The notes beneath the pieces were generated by a model. The model was given only the letters and a program-made list of their open reading frames with translations, did no database searches and had not been told where the DNA came from. DNA of 64,000 nucleotides from Chiloscyllium plagiosum (taxonomy: Eukaryota): positions 12,071,508 through 12,135,507 of the forward strand of contig NC_057751.1 in the NCBI RefSeq assembly GCF_004010195.1, in the 5' to 3' direction. Positions 24,478 to 37,665 of the stretch are shown piece after piece. Positions within the stretch are counted from its first letter, which is position 1, and the number at the start of each line of letters is the position of its first letter. The translations under genes and the position numbers were made by a program.

Positions 24478-24842
24478 TGACCTGACAGATGTTTATAAAA
24501 TCAAGAAGGACATAAATAAGGTGATTAGCCAAGGTCTTTTCCCCGGAGTCGGGGAGTCCAAAACTAGAGAGGATAGGTTTAAGGTGAGAGGAGGAAGATT
24601 TAAAGGGACCTGAGGGGCAACATTTTCAGAGGATGGTGCTTATGTGCCAGAGGAAGTGGTAATGGTGGGGACAATTACGTTAAAAAGACATTTGGACAGG
24701 GAAATGAATAGGAAAGGTTTAGGGGGATAAGGGCCAAATGCAGGCAAATGGATCTAATTTAATTTGGGAAACCTGGTCGGCACGGATGCGTTGGACTGAA
24801 ATGTCTGTTTCCATGACTCCATGACTCTCTATGGCTCTATGT
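24478..24842 (+). mobile_element. CR1 3' end
   Basis: Matches 1540-1910; ends in (ccatgact/ctatg)n. Confidence 0.88.
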
Positions 24843-25134
24843 CCTCTGTGGCAGATTGATATTGAGCCCAGAACTTCTGGCCCAGAGATAGGGACTTAAC
24901 CACTGTGCTACATGAAGACTAATTCATGTGACATGGCAGCAACCATCAAAATGTTAAGAGAAACAGGCTTGAATTATTTTGTTGCTAAGTCAAGGGATAA
25001 AATGAATTTTCTCAATATCAGAATGAGAAAGTTTTGGGCGTGAAGTTAGGAAACACTTCTCCACCTTGTTTAGACTTGATGGAATAAGTGGCCTTCTTTT
25101 GTGCCAAACATGACTCTGTGTTACGTAATGGTAA

Positions 25135-25342
25135 ATGTGAAGTCATTACAGTTTTACCGGATCATATGGCTGCTCACTCGTTCGACAGAAATGATTGGTG
25201 GTGGTTTAACTTGACAGTCATCACATGTCAGGTAATAGATGAGGTTGAGGAGAGTCTTTCATAGTAACCTTGGGTTACAAGAATTGAACCCATGCTATTG
25301 GCATTACAAACCAGCTGTCCAGCCTACTGAGCTAACCATCCC
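25135..25342 (-). mobile_element. tRNA-derived SINE
   Basis: Minus strand begins ggttagctcagtagg...gggttcaattc (A and B boxes). Confidence 0.65.
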
Positions 25343-25384
25343 CAAGGGATGTTCTTGTAGAAACTCAGGGCGGGGTATCGGTAG

Positions 25385-26245
25385 TGGATTCTTCAAAATG
25401 GTCACGCCGGCAAGGCAATATCTGCAGCCAAAGCAGGACTTTTGGCGCGACATTGGCCTGGCCTGGCAGTGGAGCCAGGGATTCCTGGTTGCAGAAAGCC
25501 CAAAGTGATGACTCCTGGTATGGGTGCCATTGGCAGCAGTGTGTTATTCCCAGAGCGGGGACTCCTGGTCTTATGGACAATGGAGGCAGAAGCAGAGCCA
25601 GGGATTTCTGTTTGCAGTCACAGTAGGCCTGGAGCGGGGACTTTTGGTTGTTGTGGAGGTGTGTGGGTTTAGTGGCACTGGCGAAGTGGCCCAAGTGGTG
25701 AAGAAGTGGTATCTAAAGTGCAGCGGCTCAGTGGTTAAAACTGCTGCCTCAGTGCCAGGGACCTGAATTTCATTCCAACCTCGGGCGACTGTCTGTGTAG
25801 AATTTGCACATTCTCCCCATGTCTGTGTGGGTTTCCTCCCACAATCCAAAAATGTGCAGGTTAGGTGAATTGGCCATGCTAAATTACCCATAGTGTTAAG
25901 GGTGGGAGGGTCGGTGTGGACTTATTGGGCCAAAGGGCCTGTTTCCACACTGTAGGGAATCTCATCAATTCCTATGTTGGTAAGTTTGGCAGTAGAGTTC
26001 TCTCTTTCAGTTACTGGAGGTTATGTGCCAGCGTGAACTGGGTTGGAAAGACTGTTATTCTGAACATTTTATTTCTTTATTTTCTAGCTTTATTTTCCAA
26101 AGAATTTGTTCTTAAGAATCTGTACCTTTGTACTGAAGATGGCAGTGTAATGTGGCAACATATAAATTTTTCACTGTACTCATTTGTATACTTTATTGTG
26201 TGAACAATAAAGCTAACTGAATTCAATTGAATTCAATTCAATTCA
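25385..26245 (+). mobile_element. Non-autonomous retroposon-like element with an AATAAA plus (ATTCA)n tail, interrupted by an HE1 SINE (~25720-25962)
   Basis: GC-rich body with repeated gcggg(g)actcctggt; aataaa near 26206 then attca repeats. The nested SINE carries the V-domain motifs. Confidence 0.55.
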
Positions 26246-26600
26246 CTCTGCCAGTCCAAATCAGACTGCAATATCCTTGCATTCTTCTCTCAGCTCACCG
26301 TTCCACTCAGCTTTATGTTATTTGTAAATTTTGACATATTACATTCAGTTCCTTCATCGAAATTATTAACGTATACTGTGAACAGTTGAGGTCCTTGTAA
26401 TGGTCCCCACTAGTCACTGCCTGTCATTCAGTATGTTTCCTGTCTCTAATCAATTTTCCATCCATCATAATAATCTACCTCCAATCCCATTAGCTTTAAT
26501 CTTATATATTAATTCTTAATTAAAATCCAGTAAATTTGTCAAACATGATTTCCCTTTTGTAAGTCCCTGCTGACTGTGTCTGATTCTACCACTGTTTTCT
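26246..26600 (-). mobile_element. Old CR1 RT fragment
   Basis: Reverse complement contains gggaaatcatgtttgacaaattta (KSCLTNL) and actagtggggacc. Confidence 0.6.
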
Positions 26601-26609
26601 GAGTTTTGA

Positions 26610-27760
26610 GGCGGCGGTGACAAGAATGATTGATGAGGGAAGGCCAGTGGATGTTGAGCACATAGACTTTAGTAGGGCATTGATAAGATACTTCATAGCA
26701 GGCCGGTACAAAAGGTAGAGTCTCATGGGAACTGGGGCACTCTGGTTAGCTGGATACCGAATTGGCTTGGTGATAGAGGCAAAGAGTAGGTGGAAGGGTA
26801 TTGTTTGCAATGGAGATCAGTAACTAGTGATGTTCTGCAGAGATCAGCGCTGGGACCTTTGTTGTTTGTACTATATATAAATGAACTGGAGGAAAATGTA
26901 GGTGATCTGATTAGTAAGTTTGTGGTTGACACCAAAACTGGCAGAATTGGAGATAGTGAGGAAGATTGTCAAAAGTTCCAACAAGATTTGGGTAGAGATT
27001 GCAAATTTGGGCAGAGAAATGGCATATGAAGTTTAACCTGGACAAATGCAAGGTGATGCATTTTTGGAAGATCAAATTCAGGTGCAAATTATACAATAAA
27101 TGGCAGAACTCTTGGGAGCATTGATCTGGGCCACAGATCCCTGAAAATTGCAACACCAGTGGATAAGGTGCTCAAGAGGCATGCGGCACACTTGCCTTCA
27201 TCAAATATAAAAGGTGGCAAATTATGTTACAGCTGAATAAGACTTTTGTTCGGCCACATTTGGTATGTTGTCTGCTGTTCTGGTCACCACACTACCAGAA
27301 GGACACGGATACTTTGGAGAGGTGTTGCCTGCTGTGGAGGGTTCAGGTGTGAGGAGAGGTTGGATAAACTTAGATTGTTTTCACTGAAAAGACAGAGGGG
27401 TGATCTGAGAGAGGTCTACAAAATTATGAGTGGCACAGATAGGGTGTATAGTCAGGCTTTTTCCCAGGGTGGAAAGGTCATTGACAAGAGGGCACAAATT
27501 CAAGGTGAGAGGGAGAAAGTTTCGGGGAGAAGTGCAGGGAAACCTTTCCACGCAGAGGTGCCTGGAATGTACTGCCGGTGGAAATGGTGGAAGCAGGCAC
27601 ATTAGCAACACTTAAGATATACCTTGATATACATGAACAGGAGATGAACAGAAGGATAGAAACCACCTAAGGGCAATAGTAGCAGTTTAGTAAGGATTAG
27701 TAATTGGCACAAGTTTGGTGGGCTGAAGGGTCTGTTCTTGTCCTGTATTGTTCTTTGTTC
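26610..27760 (+). mobile_element. CR1 3' half, decayed
   Basis: LGPLLFVLYINEL, ISKFVVDTK, RGDLREVYKIM, TRGHKFKV. Confidence 0.9.
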
Positions 27761-29720
27761 CTTATAAAATCCTTGAAAATTCACTCTCACATTTTCCCCA
27801 CTACTGATGTAAGACTCCCTGCTTTCTCTCTACCTCCCTTCTAAATAGTTGGGTTACTTTAGCTACCCCCTACTCTGTAGGAACATAATAATGGCTTTTA
27901 AAGAAGATTTCAAGAATGTATTGAATTTTAATTTCCTGATCTGGTATTTGAGACTTGAACCCATGCTCCTCGAACATTAGCCTGAATTTCTGGATTTGTA
28001 ATGTATATACATTAACTGGAGGAAAATGTAGGTGGTCTGATTTGTAAGTTTGGCTTTTCAACTCTACTCCCATCTCCCCTTGGGAAATTGGGAAGAACAG
28101 GCCTGAGCACTTCACAGCAGCATAATCACACACATGTTGAACAAATCAAGTCATTTGAAACTATAACTAACATTATTGTCAAAGTCTTGTATCTTGAGGA
28201 AGTTGCAAATGATGAAATAACAATGGCAGGCAGTGAGATTGGTGGGGGAAGTTTCAGAGTGTGACTTTTAGAGGGATGCATGGCCATCAGTGATGTGGGT
28301 GAGGGAAACGCGAGAATGCATCACAGGCCAGAGAAGATAAATGAACGAGGACTTGAAATTACACTTTTGGTATAACTAATGCTCCTGGAGCTATTAGTTT
28401 CTCAGGTATATAATCACTTGAAGATCCTCCTCTGTTTATATATAACCTTTTATAGAAATTCCCTCCAAAGGCCAGGAGACATGAAAGACTTTGGCAGCCT
28501 AATACTTCCTTTTAACTTGAAGCAATTCCCTTATCTCAACTTCACAAAGCATTTCCTGTCTTGTCTGTAACAAAGAGTCCCATAGTTACTGCCCTGTTTG
28601 TAGCGTCTGTAACCATAACACGTTTAATTCTCCTGAGTGCTGAATATTGATGAGTTTACAGAATCTGAAAACTTTCTTGCAAAAAGTATCATTTAAACTG
28701 ACTTTCTGTCAACATTCTGTCAAATTATAAACCATATTTTTTCCACAATTTCATCTCCATACTTGCCAACAACTCAGACTTCATTGAGATGACAAACACT
28801 GGTGCAAAGCAGTCTTTTAAGGAAAATTCATTATAGTTTGTTGGAAGGTCAAAAAAACTTGTAAGCTCATTCTTTAACTAAGTTAGTGTTGACAAAAAGC
28901 AAATGAAATTTTACACTGGCGTGCATCTTGATTTTTCCTCAATGATTGATAATCTTCCACTGAAACTTCATTCACTTTATATTGAAAGGAATTGTGAGGA
29001 CTGAGATGTTTGTTTGTATTATGAACCCATGATCTTGACTCTCAAAAACCTTAGCCTCCAGATTACAGTATAAATTGTAGTCTGAGATTCCTTGGAGATA
29101 TTGTGTTGAAGTTTTGAGAGTTTCAATCCTTCCTTTTCTTCAAGGACTTGGTGCCTTTCTGACCCCCTCAGCTCCTGATAGCAGACTTTAACATGCCATT
29201 CCCCAGAGCTGAAACTGTTGCTGTAGGAGCCTAAGAGGAAATATTTTGATCAGGGAGTTGAGACAGAGAGTAAATTCATCAAGACTGAACTTAACCTCTC
29301 CCATTAATTATAAAGATTTTTTCATTTAAGTTACTTAAATGGAGGGGGTGGAATTTCTTCTTTGTTTGCATCAGACGTAGATACTGCTGACAAAGCCAAA
29401 ATTTATTTTCCATTGCTATTTGACCTTGAGATAGCACTGGTGAGTTGCCCTCTTAAACCACTCAGTCCAAGTGCTGAAAGAACAACCCCAGTATTATTAG
29501 GTTGTGAATCTCAGCTTTTTGACCCACCAATAACAAAGGAATAGTAATATGTCACCATAATTCTTTTCAACAAGAATTGTGTATGCATTGCACAATCAAG
29601 TAAGTGTTATAGTGTAGAAGGAATAGTGTGATAAGATGGGATCGCGTTAGATGTGAGGGACACTGCAGGCAGCTAATAAGGCTGAGTTTGGTCTGATGTA
29701 TGAAATCTTGCTGGGTCTCT

Positions 29721-30150
29721 TGCAGGTCCTTGGCCTCCTCCATCGCCAGACCATGGCAACACAACGGCTGGAGGAAGAGCGCCTCATCTTCCGCCTAGGA
29801 ACCCTCCAACCACAAGGGATGAATGCAGATTACTCCAGCTTTCTCATTTCCCCTCCCCCCACCTTATCTTAGTCCCAACCCTCGGACTCAGCACCGCCTT
29901 CTTGACCTGCAATCTCCTTCCCGACCTCTCTGACCCCATCCCCCTCCGGCCTATCACCCTCACCTTAACCTCCTTCCACCTATCGCATTCCCAATGCCCC
30001 TCCCACAAGCCCCTCCTCCCTACCTTTTATCTTCGCCTGCTTGGCACAACTTCCTCATTCCTGAAGAAGGGCTTAAGCCCGAAACGTCGATTGTCCTGCT
30101 CCTTGGAATGCTGCCTGACCTGCTGGGCTTTTCCAGCAACACATTTTTCA
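29721..30150 (+). mobile_element. PLE 3' fragment
   Basis: Same family as the right arm 16750-17175 (EERLIFRLGTLQPQGMN). Confidence 0.9.
30056..30092 (+). ncRNA. Minimal hammerhead ribozyme motif in the PLE terminus
   Basis: CTGAAGA (30061-67), A, stem GGGC-TTAA-GCCC (30069-80), GAAAC (30081-85), GTC triplet (30086-88). Palindromic ACGT in place of stem III. Confidence 0.7.
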
Positions 30151-30744
30151 ACTCCTATTTATATCTCAACCGAGGCTCTCTGATTGGACCACATTAACAG
30201 CCCCAATCATAGAATTCAGTTTCTATGAGGTCCTCCTAACTGATCTTGTTACAATCACTGCACTACCAACCTGTCAATGCCCTTTTGGAGTTCTACACTG
30301 TCCTCCTCACAATTTACAATGTTTCCAAGTTTCATATCATGTGCAAACTTTGGAGCTGTGCCCAGTCCACCAAGATCTAGATAATTAATACATATCAAGA
30401 ATGATACAATGCAGGTGCCAAAGATGCTGCTCATTTGACAGATATGTGCTGAGTGGCGAGTTGTACTGAGAATAGAGTGTGATAAGCTGAGATCACGTTA
30501 GATGTGAGGGACACGTGCAGGCAGCTAAGAAGGCTGAGTTAGGTCTGATGTGGTGAGAAATCTTGCTTGGTTTCACTGTGAGAATCCCTCCAAAAAACTC
30601 AATGCCACTCAAACTTCGCCAAAAAAGCGCCATGTGAGGAAAGACTGGCTTTCGGTTTCCTCATTCTTCAACTGGTTGTCAGGAGTTTAACAGCAGACTT
30701 TAATATTCAAGATAGCCACGCTCTGCCACTTGTCTGGATCAAAA

Positions 30745-31622
30745 TAAAATAAGGGTCTGTGCATGGTGGAGATCTGAAACAAAACCATAAAGTGCTGGAG
30801 AAACTCAGCAGGTCTGGCAGCATCTATAGAGAGAAAAACAGACTGAACATTTTGAATCTAGTGACCGTTTGACAGAATCAAAAGCAGCTGGGAAATAATA
30901 TTATTTATGCTGATGAGGCTGGGGGCAGTGGGACTGAGAAGGATGAGGAGAAATCATGGAGCTGTGCTGAGAGAGAGAGAGATAAACAGATAGGCAAACA
31001 AAAGATTTCTGATGATAAGCCAAGATGAAGATAAATGCTGAATAGGTGCTCACAAGAAGTGTGAATAGTTGAAAATGGGTTGGCTGTGCAACCAATACAG
31101 AACAGGACCTTGTGTGTGAGTAACAAGCATGGAGGAAGGTATTCAGCTCTGAAATTGTTAAACTCAATGTTGAGTCTTGAAGGCTAAGATAACAGGTGAA
31201 AGATTAGACCTTATTCCTCCAGCTTGTGTTGAATGTAGCTGACCTGAGACAGGAATGTTGGCATAGGAATATGGTGTGTGTTGAAATGACAGGCAAATGG
31301 AAGCTTAGAGTCATTTTTACAGAAAAGACATGTGTTCCACAAAACGGTTACCCACTCTACGTTTTGTCTTCCCAATATGAAGGGGACCACATTGCGAGCA
31401 AATAAAGTGGATCTGATTGAGGTAAATTTCTATCTCACTTGAAAGGTGTGTCTGGGGCTTTGCAGAGGAAGGAAGGGAGAGGTAAACAGGCAACAGATGC
31501 AACATCTGTGATTGCATGGTAAAGTGCCATGGGGGTGGGAAAATGTTGAGAGCAGAAAAGGAGTGGACCAAGTTGTCCTAGAGGGAATGGCTCCTGTGGA
31601 AGGGAGCATTTGGTGGTGGCAA
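30745..31622 (-). mobile_element. PLE GIY-YIG endonuclease region and 3' end, decayed
   Basis: CNHRCCIC...IY...CSQCGPLHIGKTKRRVGNRFVEH matches the YIGETKRRLGDRFAEH consensus. Confidence 0.85.
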
Positions 31623-31624
31623 CC

Positions 31625-32400
31625 CATAAGACCAAAAGACATAGGAGTAGAAATTAGGCCATTCAGTCCATTGAGTCTGCTCCACCATTTAATTATGGCT
31701 GATAAGTTTCTCAACTTCACTCTCCTGCTTTCTTCCCATAACTAGGGCAGCACGGTGGCACGTTGGTTAGCACTGCTGCCTCACAGTGCCAGAGATCTGT
31801 GTTCAATTCCTGCCTCAGGCAACTATCTGTATGGAGTTTGCACATTCTCCCCATGTCTGCGCGGGTTCCCTCCAGGTGCTCCGGTTTCCTCCCACAGTCC
31901 AAAAATGTGCAGGTTAGGTGAATTGGCCATGCTAAATTGCCCATAGTGCGAGGTGAAGGGGTAAATATAGGGGAATGGGTCTATGTGGGTTGCTCTTCAG
32001 AGGGTCGGTGTGGACTTATTGGGCCAAAAGGCCTGTTTCCACACTGTAAGTAATCTAATCTAATCAAAAAAACCCTTGATACTCAAGAACCTATCTATCT
32101 CCATTTCAAATATACTCAATGATCTGGCCTCCACATCCTTTTGTGGCAGTGAATTCCATAGATTCACCACTCTCTGGCTGAAGAAGTTTCTCCATATCTC
32201 CGTTCTAAAAGGTCTTCCCATTACTCTTAAGGCTCTGCCCTCAGGTCATCTCCCCAACATCTACTCTGTCTAGGCTGTTCAGCATTTTGTAAGTTTTAAC
32301 TGGATATCCCCTCATCCTTCTAAACTCCATGGAGTAAAGACCCAGCATCCTCAAACATTCCTCAGATGTTAAGCTTTTTATTCCTGGGACCATTCTTGTG
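31625..32400 (-). mobile_element. CR1 3' end with a nested HE1 SINE
   Basis: RMVPG...LGLYSMEFRRMRG on the minus strand; tail cataagacc..agacatagg. Confidence 0.85.
31745..32065 (+). mobile_element. HE1-type V-SINE, nearly full length
   Basis: gggcagcacggtggc...ttagcactgctgcctcacag...gttcaattcc head, V-domain, and (taatc)n tail. Confidence 0.9.
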
Positions 32401-32424
32401 CATCTGCAGTCCTCACTTTCTCTC

Positions 32425-33305
32425 ATTACTGTTTGTTATCTATGTCAATGATTTGGCTGAGAATTCATAGGCTTGATTAGTAAGTTTGCTGATGACACGA
32501 CAATAGGAGGTATCATGGAGAGTGAGGAAGGTTATCAGAAATTGCAGCAGGACTTTGATCAGCTGGGGAACTGAGCCCAGAAATGGCAAATGGAGTTTGG
32601 TATCAATAACTGAGGTCTTGCATTTTGGAAAGCCAAATCAAGGTAGGAGTTTCATGGAGAATGGTAGAGTCTTAAGGAGTGTCATGGAACAGAAGGATCT
32701 TGGAGTTCAGGTTCACAATTCTCTGAAAGTGGTGTCACAGGTAGACAAGGCAGTGAAGAAAACGTTTGGCACACTGGCCTTCATCCATCAGGGCACTGAG
32801 CACAGGGAAGTTGGTAAGTTATTTTACACCTCTACAGAACATTTGTGAGGCTGCACTTGAAGTATTGTGTTCAGTTTTGGTCACCTTGCTACAGGAAGGA
32901 TGTTATTAAACCTTTTTCTTCAGAGCGTAGGAGAGGAGGGATCTTATAGAAGTGTAAAGATCATGAGAGGGTGAATGCACTCAGTTTGTTTTCCCAGGGT
33001 TGGGGAATTGAGGACTAGAGGGCATTAGTTTAAGGTTAGAGGGGAAAGAATGAAAGGAAACCTAAGGGACAACTTTTGTACACAGAGGGTGGAGCGCATA
33101 TGGAATGAGCTGCCAATGGAAGCGATTGAGATGGGTACATTAAAAATATTTAAGAGGCATTTAGACAAATACATGGATAGGAAAGAATTAGAAGGATATG
33201 GGTCAAGTGCAGGGAAATGGGGTTAGCGTTGATGGACATTTTGGTCAGCATGGACCAGTTTGGGCCAAAGGGCCTGGCTCGTGCCAAAGGACTCTATGAC
33301 TCTTT
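32425..33305 (+). mobile_element. CR1 3' half, decayed
   Basis: aagtttgctgatgac (KFADD), EVLHFG, DLGVQVH; tail ctctatgactct. Confidence 0.9.
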
Positions 33306-33809
33306 GAAAAAAGAAGTGGAAAGCTCTCATGGTGCTGCATCCAGGAGTTCCTCTTTTTTATCTCCAGCTTCCACTTCTCCCTCAGCAACAAGTTGTTGCA
33401 GATCAGCTGTCGAGGAGTCTTCACAGTGGGACTCGAGCAGCACTTCAATATCCTCACTTTCCACTTCTTCAAAGCCAACCTGCTTTGATTTCTGGAAGCC
33501 GTTCTGATGGTTCACATTCTTTAAAACCTTGAAAAAAATCCAGGAGAAGCTGCCCCAAACTGCATGCAGGCAGTCTTTACTGTCATCACATTCATTTTTT
33601 TAATTGTTGAGATAAAGCGGCTCAATACATAGTACTGTACCTCTCACATGCTCTGACGACAGCTGACAATGGCACATGGGCAGTACGGCGCGGAGACTTC
33701 AGTGCATGTGCAGAGTGGTGTGCGAAACAATCGCTGCTGGAATTGCACTTTTGCAACATTATAGCCAAACCATGCTGCTGAAACACACATTATATGAGAA
33801 GTACCTGTA
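33306..33809 (-). mobile_element. Tigger/pogo-like DNA transposon relic
   Basis: KQVGFEEVESEDIEVLLESHCED.STADLQQL resembles the Tigger transposase C-terminus (GF.EV...DV.ELL.SH...L...DL). Terminus TA|CAGGTACTTCTC on the minus strand at 33809. Confidence 0.65.
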
Positions 33810-36404
33810 TGTGTCCTAAGCAAAGCCTTCAGAGAGAAATACCTTTTAGCCTGGAGGAAAGACCTGCAATGTTCAGCAGCCAGATAAATTTCTACTGTAT
33901 CTGATGTTCCACAATCAAACTTTGGGAAAGAATATGTGTTCTTGAATTTTTAATTGAATTGAATTGAGCTGATATGATGAGTAATTTAATAACACTTTTG
34001 TACTGTTGATCATAATATTAGTTATTTTTGAGTAAGGATATAATACCTTACAGTTTAGCTAATGGTGGTAATAAGGTAATGGAGACACTAGAATAAAAAG
34101 GTGTTTTATTTTGCAAAAAACAGTTTTCTTAGAGCACCATTGTAGGACAAAAAGACGACTCACCACCACCTTTTATCAGCAATTAGGGATGAACAATAAA
34201 CAGTTGCCTTGTCAAAGACATCTACATCCCATAAATTGTTCAGAAAAAAAAATCTACAAAGAGAGTTTGGCTGCAAGATGTGACCCACCATTGGGTGTAC
34301 CAGCATTTGTTCTCTGAATCTGTATAAAATGTCCTGAAGATGAAGTACGTCTGGTCACTGCACCTATCAGCTGTTTCCTTGTATTGAACTCTCCCGTCTA
34401 CTATTGTTTCACAATCTTGAGGGAAAACGATACACAGGCGCTTGTGTCATCCAGATTTCCTTTTAAGGCGCCCCTTTACAACATCGGCTCATAGTCATAA
34501 AAATAGCTTCTGCAATGATTGTATGGTAGATTTGTATCGTGAAGCTAGATTTTTGAACTGTTATTGGGATTAGTTGTATTGAGAACATATTATTATTTCA
34601 CATTTTGCTTTTTAAGGAGATAGTGCAGCCACATTTGCTCAGTCTCTACACTGGCTTCATTCCCAAGCAGCCTCACTTTGAACATTCAGTTCAAGTCTCT
34701 CATTTTGTATACTTAAGACTAAAAATAATGTGCACTTGAAGTTTTAAATTGTTGGAGAAAGTTTGCACTATAGCAGATGGAGCATGTCTCCAATTGTTTT
34801 ACATTTTTGGTTTGCTTTTCCGACATAGATTTTTAAAAGCATTGGTTAAATTTGACTGATCATGTTGTGGTAAAATTGCACACATTTCTCTGTTGAAATG
34901 TCTTGCTCAATTTCAGGAGATTTGCATTAAGGACAGAAGCAGCATATTTCAAAATAATTGACTACCTTTTCTCTTCAATCTACTGATTCTTGCCTCCATT
35001 TTCGGGTCAAAATGGTATGCAGTTCAGATTGATCTAGTTTGTTAAGGAAACAAATAGCTGATCATTAAAATTAGAAAAAGAAACTCTTAAATTCAAAGAA
35101 ATCTACATCTACATCTACATCCCAGCAGCCAAATAAATTTCTACTGTATCAGATGTTCCACAATCAAACTTTGGGAAAGAATATGTGTTCTTGAATTTTT
35201 AATTGAATGGAATTGATGTACTGTTAACCATAATATTAGGTATTACGACCTCTGGCCTCTGACTTGCTATCAAATGGGGTAGTACTTTAATCAGAAGTGA
35301 TATTCAGCAAAGAGACAGACAATCAATTCATGGTGCCATTTCTTGATCACTATCTGGTGATGCTATTGGCAGTGCCTCCTCTTTGCAAAAGTTTAAGCTC
35401 ATATAGTCATGGTCAGAGTGGTCTTCTGACCCTCTCTGTTTAAATGCACTGTACATCGTGGCCATTCCATTCCGAGACATTAATTTGATTTCTCTGCACA
35501 GATGCTGCCAGACCTGCTGAGCGTTTCCAGCAATTTCTCTTTTTGTACATAACAGCTGTTTGGAAGAGGTCTTGAGGAACTCTGACACTATAAGTTATCA
35601 TACTGCAGAAATGAGGAAATTGCCAGGTAGGAATGAAAGGCAACACTAAAATACATAAATAGTGAGTGAACTCTTAGGTGCTGTGAATTTTCACATTGTC
35701 TTTTTACCTCTGGGACCCTGCTTTCCATTGGCCCGGATTGAAAGCATTCTCTTACTGTGAAAGCATTCTGTTTTGAAGTTTGGACACTGTCATCCTCCTT
35801 TTCTGCATGCAAGCTTATCATTTTGCCATGAGTTTGGCACTGAACTAGTAACCTTACCAAGAGATGCCATAAGACAGGCTAATGTTGGAAAGTGAAATGT
35901 CTGCATTATGATGTTCTGTTCTGAGGCAGCATTTTAAAACATTTCAATTGAACAGTACAGAAGCTGCATTCTGCAGCTGTTCATATAAGACCTGGATATT
36001 CTTGGAATTGGTAGGCATGCCCAAGCCATTTTAGTGTATTGACACTCTGCATTTGAAATGGAAAAGTTATCCATTATCCACACTAATATGTCAGAACATA
36101 AAAATTAATTAAATTTATTGTTCGGCTGAATATCATAAAATAATTTTGTCTGGTATACTTGTTCAGAAACTCCAACACTTGAGAACGAACATTCGCTGCT
36201 GACTATTTTTTTGCAAAAACTATTTGCGTTATTACTTTTGCCATTTTACACTCAGTATTACTTTTTTTAGCACTGATTAGCTATTGCTACCATTTCACTT
36301 TTTTGCTTCTCCCATTTGTAGGCCACTAAACAGGAGTGTTAAAAGCTATGAGCCATCACAAAGTTAAAAATGCAAACATAGTATCTATTGTTTGTTAACA
36401 TTAA

Positions 36405-37665
36405 AGTCATAGAGATGTACAGCATGGAAACAGACCCTTCGGTCCAACTCATCCATGTCAACCAGATATCCTAAAATAATCTGGTCCCATTTGCCAGCAC
36501 TTGGCTCATCTCCCTCTAAACCCTTCGTATTCATATGCCCATCCAGATGCCTTTTAAATGTTGCGAATGTACCAGCCTCCACCACTTCCTCTGGCAGATC
36601 ATTCCATACATGCACGACCCTCTGCATGAAAAGGTTGCTCTTTAGGTCCCTTTTCAATCTTTCTCCTCTCACCCTAGACATATGCTCTCGAGTTCTGGAC
36701 TTCCCCAACCCAGGGAAAAGACTTTGTCTATTTACCATATCCATGCCCCTCATGATTTTATAGACCTCTTAATGGTCACTCCTCAGCCTCCAATGCTCCA
36801 GGGAAAACAACCCCAGCTTATTCAGCCTCTCCATATCGCTCAAACCCTCCAGCCCTGGCAACATTCTTGTAAATCTTTTCTGAACCCTTTCAAGTTTCCC
36901 AACATCCTTTCTATTGGAGGGAGACCAGAATTGTACACAATACGCCAAAAGTGGCCTAACCAACATCCTGTACAGCTGCAATATGACCTCCTAACTTCTA
37001 CACTCAGAGCTCTGACCAATAAAGGAAAGCATACCAAACGCCACCTTCATTTATTATCTACCTGCGATTCAAGTTTCAAAGAACTATGAATTTGCACTCC
37101 AAGGTCTGTTTGTTCAGCAACACTCTCCAGGACCTGTTCATTAAGTGCATAAGTCCAGCCCTGATTTGCCTCTCCAAAATGCAGCACCTCACATTTATCT
37201 AAATTAAACTCCATTGGCCCCTCCTTGACCCATTTCCCCACCTGACCAAGATCGAGTTGTACTCTGAGGTAACCTTTTTTGCTGTCCACTACACCTGCAA
37301 TTCTGGAGTCATCTACGAACTTACTAACTATACCTCCTTTGTTCACATTGAAATCATTTATACAAATGATGAGCGAAGTGGACCCAGCGCTGATCCTTGT
37401 GACACACCATTGGTCACAAGCCTCCAATCTGAAAAACAACCCTTCACCACCCCCTCTGTGTTCTACATTTGAGCCAGTTCTGCATCCAAATGGCTAGTTT
37501 TTACTGTATTCCATGTGATCTAACCTTACTAACTAATCTACCATGAGGAACCTTGTAGAACACCTTCTAAAGTCCATACAGATTACCTCCACTGTTCTGT
37601 CCTCATCAATCCATTTCATTACTTCTTCAAAAAACTCCATCAAGTTAATTAGACATGATTTTTAT
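36405..37665 (-). mobile_element. CR1 3' half, decayed
   Basis: IVSKFVDD, LYRMLVRP..YCVQFWSP, LERVQKRFTRMLPG; tail at 36405. Confidence 0.92.

Noticed and set aside
35328..35860. Minus ORFs with YSAF/DYMSL tyrosine motifs and a donor near 35708
   Set aside because: One ORF passes through a PLE tail, there is no good acceptor, and no family is recognised.
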